Of a DNA stretch of 21,101 bases, positions 15,375 to 21,101 are shown piece by piece. Numbering within the stretch: the first letter of the stretch is position 1; every line of letters starts with the position of its first letter. The DNA comes from a virus. The notes beneath the pieces were generated by a model. It did no database searches, had not been told where the DNA came from, and was given only the letters and a program-made list of their open reading frames with translations. Location of the stretch: UHGV virus genome UHGV-1793583. One strand, 5' to 3'. The translations under genes were made by a program, and so were the position numbers.

Positions 15375-15851
15375 ATGTCTCAGACTTGTGATAAAGGTTC
15401 GTTCTTAGGCCGCGACGTTGCCGTATTTTACGCTATCGCTTGCCCTAATGCGAAACCTAATGACGAAGCATATAAAGCGTTAGGCATGATGCGTGGTAAA
15501 TCTCTTTCCGTAGAATGGGAAACCGCAGACGCCACCGCTGACAAATCAGCAGACTACACCAAAGAATCACTGGTAACTTACAAGTCCGTTTCCTTCTCAG
15601 GTGACGGCGTATCCCGCACAGAAGCGCTTCACAATCAGAAAGAGTTGAAACGCCACGTTATTAACCCGGGTGAGGTAACTGGTTCTCAGCCAATCGTATG
15701 GTTAAAAATTGTTTCTCCGCTTGATGTGACTGAAGGCCCGTTTCTTTGCACTTCCTTTAAAGAAGAAGATCCGCATGACGATGTGTCCACCTGGTCCATT
15801 GAATGCGAAAGCGCTGGCAAGGTTACAGTAGCTGACGTTCCGGCGGCGTAA
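15375..15851 (+). CDS. major tail (tube) protein (158 aa)
   Basis: AAGAGG RBS; followed by intrinsic terminator and chaperone/tape-measure genes. Confidence 0.6.
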   Translation: MSQTCDKGSFLGRDVAVFYAIACPNAKPNDEAYKALGMMRGKSLSVEWETADATADKSADYTKESLVTYKSVSFSGDGVSRTEALHNQKELKRHVINPGEVTGSQPIVWLKIVSPLDVTEGPFLCTSFKEEDPHDDVSTWSIECESAGKVTVADVPAA

Positions 15852-15868
15852 CAACAAACACTGACATT

Positions 15869-15893
15869 GGGGCCACATGGCCCCTTTATTTTT
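15869..15893 (+). terminator. intrinsic terminator after tail tube gene (GGGGCC-ACAT-GGCCCC + TTTATTTTT)
   Basis: Perfect 6-bp GC stem, 4-nt loop, T-rich tail. Confidence 0.7.
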
Positions 15894-15905
15894 AAGGTGA
15901 CAGCT

Positions 15906-16583
15906 ATGATTCATGTTCGAACAGGACAATTTGCGGCTGTGGTTGATGGCAGGAGGTATGTGTTCAATCCCTGCTTTGCTGCAATGGCTAAGATCGGCAG
16001 TGACAGGGAACTGGTCGAATACTTCGCAACTGTGCACGGTGGCAAATACCCACAGCGTTTGCCAACAGATCCAGACCTCCGCAATCGCATTATGGCGCGT
16101 TGTTATGGTGAACTGGTGCAAACGTCCATCCACATATTGAAATGTTGCTCAGAATGCGAAATAGGCCCGTTATTGGGCGAATGTAGCTTTACTCCTTCGG
16201 GTAAGTTGAGACTGAAACCTGGATTGATGCCCACCAGCGACGTCATCACACTAGCGCAACACTGCATGTTCCACGGTTTAATTGGTGACGGACCAGATGA
16301 AGACGCTGGCGAGAAACAGGATGGCGACTATAAACAGACGTTTGACATCCTTGAATATGTTTACTCCGCCGTTGCTCACCTGGGATTGTCTGAATCTGAA
16401 GCATGGGGCATGACAATGACCGGATACAGGGCCGCTGTACGCGCTAAAACGCCACCAGACGAAAGAAACGAGAAAGGTAAACCAAACGTTCATATAAATA
16501 AACGTGATTATGATGAGCAAATGGGAGCGGCTAAAAGGGTGCTGGAATTGATGAAAAAACGCGAGCAAGAAAAAGCCAGGTAG
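15906..16583 (+). CDS. putative tail assembly chaperone (225 aa)
   Basis: Between tail tube and tape measure genes; ATG 15906 with AAGGTGA 5 nt upstream; track start 15867 lies inside the terminator hairpin. Confidence 0.5.
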   Translation: MIHVRTGQFAAVVDGRRYVFNPCFAAMAKIGSDRELVEYFATVHGGKYPQRLPTDPDLRNRIMARCYGELVQTSIHILKCCSECEIGPLLGECSFTPSGKLRLKPGLMPTSDVITLAQHCMFHGLIGDGPDEDAGEKQDGDYKQTFDILEYVYSAVAHLGLSESEAWGMTMTGYRAAVRAKTPPDERNEKGKPNVHINKRDYDEQMGAAKRVLELMKKREQEKAR

Positions 16584-16591
16584 AACCTGGC
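16566..16591 (-). terminator. intrinsic terminator for minus-strand moron 1
   Basis: 7-bp stem GCCAGGT/ACCTGGC with 3-nt loop; on minus strand followed by TTTTTCTT; overlaps stop codon of plus-strand chaperone gene. Confidence 0.5.
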
Positions 16592-16626
16592 GTTATATGT
16601 CGATGATGCTTTTTTGATAGTGCTCA

Positions 16627-17043
16627 TTATCTGATCCTTACATTTTCAATTCTGCCGTTACCTAAATCAACGATAGCATGATTTTTTACACCCGCGCCGC
16701 CTTCGTTAGATATTCTTTCAGCAAATGCGGCTTTATCAGCGTTGCACTCGTTGGCTATTCTGTTTCTTATTTCATTGTTACCTTCGAATACGACACCTAC
16801 AGCAGCCTCCATCACAAGCCCATAATTAAACCATCTTGCATAAACTGGTTTACCTTCGAAATGCTTGTCAATTGCTTTATAAAAAACCTTGATGGCTTCG
16901 GGTTCCTTCTTGAAAATTTTATGGTATTCGGCAACGTTATTTGCTACTTCATCGCAGTTTATATTTATTACATCGTTTGCATTTGCGTTGAATGCCAAAC
17001 CAACCATTACCGCCATCATTGCCGCTCTAATTAACCGTTTCAT
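16627..17043 (-). CDS. secreted moron protein with Sec-type signal peptide (138 aa)
   Basis: Reverse strand inside forward tail operon; N-terminus MKRLIRAAMMAVMVGLAFNANA, no lipobox; GGGTGAG RBS; own promoter and terminator. Confidence 0.65.
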   Translation of the reverse strand: MKRLIRAAMMAVMVGLAFNANANDVININCDEVANNVAEYHKIFKKEPEAIKVFYKAIDKHFEGKPVYARWFNYGLVMEAAVGVVFEGNNEIRNRIANECNADKAAFAERISNEGGAGVKNHAIVDLGNGRIENVRIR

Positions 17044-17055
17044 AACTCACCCAGC

Positions 17056-17142
17056 TTAGTTTTTGTTTTTAAGTGCTTTCAGCATTTCCTCGATGAAGTC
17101 TGCATAACGCTCATGCTCGTTTGGTCGGCAGTAGTTTTTCAT
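17056..17142 (-). CDS. small upstream ORF (28 aa, MKNYCRPNEHERYADFIEEMLKALKNKN), not in track
   Basis: AAGAGGA 7 nt upstream of ATG; stop 13 nt before the secreted-protein ATG. Confidence 0.3.
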   Translation of the reverse strand: MKNYCRPNEHERYADFIEEMLKALKNKN

Positions 17143-17218
17143 TTTCTTATCCTCTTTTGCTTCCTCCGGTTCATCCGGCCTTCTGAATCCATTCACTCAA
17201 TCCCTTTCCTTTGACTTA

Positions 17219-17247
17219 CTTATACAAAATGTATTCGTTGAAGTGAA
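17219..17247 (-). promoter_or_regulatory. sigma70-like promoter for moron 1 (-35 TTCACT, 17-bp spacer, -10 TATAAG)
   Basis: -35 is reverse complement of 17242-17247, -10 of 17219-17224; -35 overlaps the GTGAAGCCATTTTGTA motif. Confidence 0.4.
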
Positions 17248-17299
17248 GCCATTTTGTATAGAATAGAGATCTAGATCACAATTTTCATGAGGTTAAATC

Positions 17300-19639
17300 A
17301 TGGCTACCAGTTTAGGTACAATTTATTACGAAGTCGATGCAAAAACTGGTCAGCTTCTTGTCGCTCAACGACAGGCAGACCAGGCATTTGACAGTATAGA
17401 GCGCGGCGCGAAACGCGCTGACCGCCAGGTAAACACGTTTAAGACTTCAATCAAAGCACTGTCCAGGGTTATCCATTTGCTACTTGCTGCGGAGGCGGTG
17501 CGCCAGTTTATTGACATGGCGGAGCAAGCAAAAATGCTTCGCGTAAAAATCAAATTGCTTACAGGTGATGCAGAGGTCGCGGGACGTGTTTTCGATGGCC
17601 TGAAAGAAATATCAAAAGAAACCGGGCAAAGCCTGAAGGATACTGGCGAACTATGGCAGGGCCTGGCTATCTCACTGAATAACACGTCAGCTACGGATGG
17701 TCAATTGCTTAACCTGGTTGGCACGATTCAAAAGATGGGGGCGTTAGGCGGCGCGTCAGCGGAACAGATGTCTAATTCTATGCGCCAGTTCCGCCAGTCT
17801 ATAGACGGTGGCGTTCTTCGTGCCGAAGAGTTTAACAGTCTGCTTGAAAACACGCCGACCATCGTACAGACAATGGCCCGCCATATGGGGTTGTCAATGG
17901 GTCAGTTCCGCGCCGAAATGCTGGACGGCAAGATCACGGCTGAAAGGATGGTTAACGCGATCCAGGCAGCTACACAGGAAACAAACGAGAAGTTTGCACA
18001 GTTGCCTCGCACATCCGGCAAGGCTATCAATGAGCTTAAAGTAGAGGTGATGGGGCTTGTTGAGCAACTGGATGATCTTTTCGGTGTATCAGATGGCGTT
18101 GTGTCAGCTATCGACCTAATAACTGGCGGCGTTGAGGGATTAGGTAAAGGTGCAAAATTCGCCGCAACCTGTTTCAATACACTCAAAACCGCTGGCAGCG
18201 AGTTTATAGACATGTTTGACGACGTTGCTGTTAAAGCTGGTGAGGTGGCGGAAGAGATTATTAGGATGGTAACGCCAATAAAAGCGCTAATGGATGGCCA
18301 CAAATGGATGAAGGAGATCATTGATAAACGCAAGGAAGAGCTAAACAGCAATAACGAGAAGAAATTCGGCCCCACCATTGGCAAATTCATGACGTTTAAG
18401 AATGACATCGAAAAAGCAACTGCCGCTTATGATGAGTTCATGCAGAAACAGGGTGAGGCTAACGATGGCAAGATCACCGGATTCGATCAGCCAGTTGGTA
18501 AGCCGAAAAAACCGAAAAAACAAAAGAAATCTGAAGCTGATCGGCTTGGTGATGAAGGTGTAAAAGTGTCCGACCAGTACAACAAGGAAGCCGCCGCTAA
18601 GCGTAAAGCACTGGAGAACGGCAAGGCCATTGATGCTGCATTCGCCAAGGGAAAAATAACCCTCCTTGAGTACAAGGCCGCGCAGAAAGGGATAGGCAAG
18701 GAACTGAAGGACGAATTGGCCCAAATCCCGGTGGAAGAATTGCAAGACAAATGGGCGCACATAGTAAGCCCAATGGATCAACTTAAGGGCGAAATTGACC
18801 CCATCAAACAGGTGCAGAATGAGTGGGCCGTCAAAAAACAAATGCTGATAGACCTGGGCGCTACAGAAGCGCAACAGAAACAGGCGCTTTTGGAATATGA
18901 GCAACAGATACGAGATCTGAAGTGGGAACAATGGCAGGCGCAAAGCGACACGAATAGCCTAATCGGTGCTTGTGTTAGTGGCCTAAAAGGTGGCATGGGT
19001 AATGCTCTCACCGGCCTGTTAAACGGTACTCAATCATTAAGCGAGGTTTTCGCCAACCTGGGAAGCAGTATCCTCAATACCGTTGGCAACAAACTATCAG
19101 AGATTGCCGCTAACTGGATAGCAGATCAATTGATGATGGAAACGCAAAGCAAGGCTACCCAGGCAAGTACAACTGCTGGCGCTGTGGCGGCGCAAGGCCA
19201 GATTGCGGCGGCGGCGGCCCCGGCTGCGGCTGCAACGGCTGCGTCAACTGGTGGTAGCTGGGCTGCGGCTGGTGCTGCGGCACTTTCTGCGATCATTTCG
19301 CTGGCAACATCAATTTTTGGCGGCGGGCGTTATAATGGTGGTTCTGTTAATGGTGGAAGTCTGTATCGAGTAGGGGAACACGGAATACCTGAGCTATTCC
19401 AGACGAGCAACGGGCGTCAGTATATGATTCCAGGCGAGAATGGTAGGGTAATTCCTGGTCGCGATCTCTTCAGTGGTGGCGGCATCAATATGCCTGTTAA
19501 CATCACCGTTCAGACCACAAACGGGTTTAGCGACGATGATAGTCGCAGGCTTGAACAGACAATGGAACGCGTAGCAATGAAAATGATGGCAAGGGAATCA
19601 CAACGCCCTGGAGGAATGTTGCAACCTCGCCGCAAATAA
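17300..19639 (+). CDS. tail tape measure protein (779 aa)
   Basis: Largest ORF; helical charged N-terminal and central regions; Gly/Ala-rich hydrophobic C-terminal segment; follows chaperone. Confidence 0.9.
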   Translation: MATSLGTIYYEVDAKTGQLLVAQRQADQAFDSIERGAKRADRQVNTFKTSIKALSRVIHLLLAAEAVRQFIDMAEQAKMLRVKIKLLTGDAEVAGRVFDGLKEISKETGQSLKDTGELWQGLAISLNNTSATDGQLLNLVGTIQKMGALGGASAEQMSNSMRQFRQSIDGGVLRAEEFNSLLENTPTIVQTMARHMGLSMGQFRAEMLDGKITAERMVNAIQAATQETNEKFAQLPRTSGKAINELKVEVMGLVEQLDDLFGVSDGVVSAIDLITGGVEGLGKGAKFAATCFNTLKTAGSEFIDMFDDVAVKAGEVAEEIIRMVTPIKALMDGHKWMKEIIDKRKEELNSNNEKKFGPTIGKFMTFKNDIEKATAAYDEFMQKQGEANDGKITGFDQPVGKPKKPKKQKKSEADRLGDEGVKVSDQYNKEAAAKRKALENGKAIDAAFAKGKITLLEYKAAQKGIGKELKDELAQIPVEELQDKWAHIVSPMDQLKGEIDPIKQVQNEWAVKKQMLIDLGATEAQQKQALLEYEQQIRDLKWEQWQAQSDTNSLIGACVSGLKGGMGNALTGLLNGTQSLSEVFANLGSSILNTVGNKLSEIAANWIADQLMMETQSKATQASTTAGAVAAQGQIAAAAAPAAAATAASTGGSWAAAGAAALSAIISLATSIFGGGRYNGGSVNGGSLYRVGEHGIPELFQTSNGRQYMIPGENGRVIPGRDLFSGGGINMPVNITVQTTNGFSDDDSRRLEQTMERVAMKMMARESQRPGGMLQPRRK

Positions 19640-19643
19640 ACTA

Positions 19644-19673
19644 AACCCCGGTACAATGCCGGGGTTATCTTTT
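19644..19673. terminator. bidirectional intrinsic terminator (AACCCCGG-loop-CCGGGGTT)
   Basis: 8-bp stem, 7-nt loop; T-rich on plus side (ATCTTTT) and on minus side (TAGTTTATTT); between TMP stop and minus-strand cassette. Confidence 0.55.
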
Positions 19674-19968
19674 AGTTATTCTCAAAACTTGTATATCCTC
19701 TCTCAATTTTCCCTCCATGTACACTTCTGGCAAATACCGCGTCAGTATACCTAAAAAAATGGACACGTATATGTATCCCCTTTACTATCCATATATTTTA
19801 GCACCCATGCCATGCGTTTTACGTTGCTTTTATTTGCCGGGTTTTTCATTTTATTTTCCTCCGCAAATCACAATCTTCCGTTTCTTGCTGTATAGCTGCG
19901 AGCAAACATCACCTGCCAGATGTTCCAGATCTCCATCCAGGTGAATTTATCGTCATCCATATTTCACC

Positions 19969-20223
19969 TCATTTATGTGCCCCTTTTACGCCACAGTGGC
20001 GGTTGTATTCCAGATGGTCAATAATTAACCACATCTTTAGATCTTCGCTGAATAACCGCCAATCGGGGTTGATGTCAAATTTATAACCGTAGCCATCGCG
20101 TAATTTTTTGGGGTTGGCCTCTTTTTTCAGGAAAGCGTTTAATAAGGCCTTGCCCTTTTTGATGATCCGGTCCTGTGCGTTTTTCTGTGCTTTCAGGTTT
20201 TTACCAATCGCCACCAATTTCAT
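19969..20223 (-). CDS. small basic protein of unknown function (84 aa)
   Basis: Reverse-strand ORF; ATG at 20223 preferred (GGGGTGGG RBS); Lys-rich; second gene of two-gene minus cassette. Confidence 0.5.
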   Translation of the reverse strand: MKLVAIGKNLKAQKNAQDRIIKKGKALLNAFLKKEANPKKLRDGYGYKFDINPDWRLFSEDLKMWLIIDHLEYNRHCGVKGAHK

Positions 20224-20241
20224 AACCCACCCCACAATCCA

Positions 20242-20397
20242 TTAGCTGACCACTTTCAGGAAGAAATCACGGTATTCATCTTCTTTTGCATTCATCATGA
20301 ATTGACCGTATTTGAATGCGTCATCGAAGCCTTTTACAATCGCCACTTCCACCTGTTCGAATGCGTTGTTCAGCATTACCACTACATAGCGTTTCAT
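20242..20397 (-). CDS. small acidic protein of unknown function (51 aa, MKRYVVVMLNNAFEQVEVAIVKGFDDAFKYGQFMMNAKEDEYRDFFLKVVS)
   Basis: ATG at 20397 with AGGAGGGG RBS; first gene of minus cassette; 18-nt gap to downstream basic-protein gene. Confidence 0.45.
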   Translation of the reverse strand: MKRYVVVMLNNAFEQVEVAIVKGFDDAFKYGQFMMNAKEDEYRDFFLKVVS

Positions 20398-20439
20398 GAT
20401 GCCCCTCCTTTGTTGGTACTGCTTTCTCTTCTTGCTTCC

Positions 20440-20468
20440 TATATACATCTTGTTACGTCCTGTGTGAA
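20440..20468 (-). promoter_or_regulatory. sigma70-like promoter for moron 2 (-35 TTCACA, 17-bp spacer, -10 TATATA)
   Basis: -35 is reverse complement of 20463-20468, -10 of 20440-20445; -35 overlaps the GTGAAGCCATTTTGTA motif. Confidence 0.45.
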
Positions 20469-20486
20469 GCCATTTTGTAAACTGGG

Positions 20487-20492
20487 TATAAT
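20487..20492 (+). promoter_or_regulatory. consensus -10 hexamer TATAAT without clear -35, possible plus-strand promoter for the gpM-like gene
   Basis: Perfect TATAAT 8 nt after the 16-bp motif; nearest -35 candidate TGTGAA is poor. Confidence 0.3.
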
Positions 20493-20511
20493 TCTTGTGA
20501 CGAAGTTCTAA

Positions 20512-20541
20512 TTTTTCGCGTAGAAGCGCGTAAAGATGTAT
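20512..20541. promoter_or_regulatory. conserved 30-nt leader element TTTTTCGCGTAGAAGCGCGTAAAGATGTAT (copy B)
   Basis: 27 of 30 identical to 8410-8439; 27 nt upstream of the gpM-like start. Confidence 0.45.
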
Positions 20542-20567
20542 GCAATATGTAACTTATAGGGGGAATC

Positions 20568-20921
20568 ATGCTTGAAGTTTTCAAATGGACGCCACAAAGA
20601 AGCTACAGCGTGACCAGGGAACCAAATGTGTCAGTCATTAAACTTGGTGATGGATATGAACAGCGCCAGGCGAAAGGGATTAACACATTACTTGATAAAT
20701 ACACCCTGGTTTTTAAAGGCAGTAGCGCAGGATGCGGTGATGGTGGAAACGTGGCGATCCAGGCAGAAGCATTCTTGAGGGCGCGCGGCGCTGTCGAGGC
20801 TTTTTACTGGTCGCCGTCTATGGATGGCGTGCAAAGGCTTTTTGTTTGCCGTAGCTGGAGTATGACTAAGGACGGGCCTGTGTACACGCTAAACGCAACG
20901 TTTGAACAAGTTGTTGGCTAA
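20568..20921 (+). CDS. minor tail protein, lambda gpM-like (117 aa)
   Basis: Follows tape measure; motifs KLGDGYEQRQAKGINT, FYWSPS and C-terminal ATFEQVVG match my recollection of lambda gpM (FGDGYSQRA..., FLWTPP, ...EFEQVVN); AGGGGGAA RBS. Confidence 0.8.
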   Translation: MLEVFKWTPQRSYSVTREPNVSVIKLGDGYEQRQAKGINTLLDKYTLVFKGSSAGCGDGGNVAIQAEAFLRARGAVEAFYWSPSMDGVQRLFVCRSWSMTKDGPVYTLNATFEQVVG

Positions 20922-20932
20922 TGGAGGTTGTT

Positions 20933-21101
20933 ATGTACGGGACTTGTGTAGTTGACAAAACTGACTCTTTTACATTGTTTGACGACTATGAGATCAACGA
21001 CCTTACTGTAAAGGCTGACAATGGCGATACCTGGTATCTTCATGATGTTGGTGACGGGTATGTGGGATGCAGATCCAGGGAAGGCAAGGAGGTTTTATTT
21101 T
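20933..21101 (+). CDS. hypothetical tail-module protein, 3'-truncated by window end
   Basis: ATG 20933 with GGAGG 5 nt upstream; open to window end; does not resemble lambda gpL as I recall it. Confidence 0.4.
   Translation, partial: MYGTCVVDKTDSFTLFDDYEINDLTVKADNGDTWYLHDVGDGYVGCRSREGKEVLF

Noticed and set aside
15913-16140. 75-aa alternative-frame ORF and 143-aa minus ORF (15702..16133) overlapping the chaperone and tail tube genes
   Set aside because: Overlap supported genes in other frames, lack RBS, and have Cys/Trp-rich compositions typical of out-of-frame translation.
16552-16558. AAAAAAC heptamer as a programmed -1 frameshift site in the chaperone gene
   Set aside because: Only 25 nt from the stop codon; the shifted frame adds about 19 codons and runs into the minus-strand moron terminator, so it would not give a G-T-like product.
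18341-18943. 200-aa minus-strand ORF (and 17902..18408, 18487..18762, 18778..19011, 17365..17685) inside the tape measure gene
   Set aside because: Antisense to a long, well-supported coding frame; no RBS; low-complexity translations typical of shadow ORFs.
19717-19944. 75-aa plus-strand ORF between TMP terminator and the minus-strand cassette
   Set aside because: No SD; lies downstream of a terminator; Tyr/Pro-rich low-complexity translation; the region is better read as the 3' end of the minus-strand cassette.
20463-20479. TGTGA-N6-TTTGT within the 16-bp motif as a CRP binding site
   Set aside because: Right half-site does not match TCACA; the resemblance is confined to one half-site.
1-21101. 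tRNA genes, CRISPR repeats, integrase or transposase
   Set aside because: No T-loop-like GGTTCGA motifs in the intergenic regions, no regularly spaced direct repeats, and no ORF with recombinase-like size or motifs; the window appears to lack these.

Overview
This 21.1 kb window reads as one contiguous stretch of a tailed dsDNA phage or prophage genome with enterobacterial-style signals, transcribed almost entirely left to right. Order: (1) about 3.4 kb of short, tightly packed, translationally coupled early-type ORFs of unknown function, several very acidic; (2) a sigma70-like promoter followed about 30 nt later by an intrinsic terminator, then a complete lysis cassette (two-TMD pinholin-like holin, SAR endolysin of the T4/P21 lysozyme type, Rz with embedded Rz1); (3) an HExxH-motif protein with a lysine-rich tail; (4) a tandem array of at least eight coupled 22-38 aa single-helix hydrophobic micropeptide ORFs, the most unusual feature here; (5) packaging and head genes (terS, terL, portal, Mu F-like head morphogenesis protein, scaffold-like protein, small capsid-associated protein, major capsid protein with terminator); (6) a lambda-like tail module (connector/completion proteins, tail tube with terminator, chaperone, tape measure, lambda gpM-like minor tail protein). 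Two small reverse-strand cassettes (morons) flank the tape measure gene, each with its own sigma70-like promoter overlapping a shared 16-bp motif. A second conserved 30-nt element sits in the 5' leaders of the portal and gpM-like genes. No rRNA, tRNA, CRISPR array, integrase or transposase was recognised. All functional calls rest on reading the translations and signals by eye; no database search was run.
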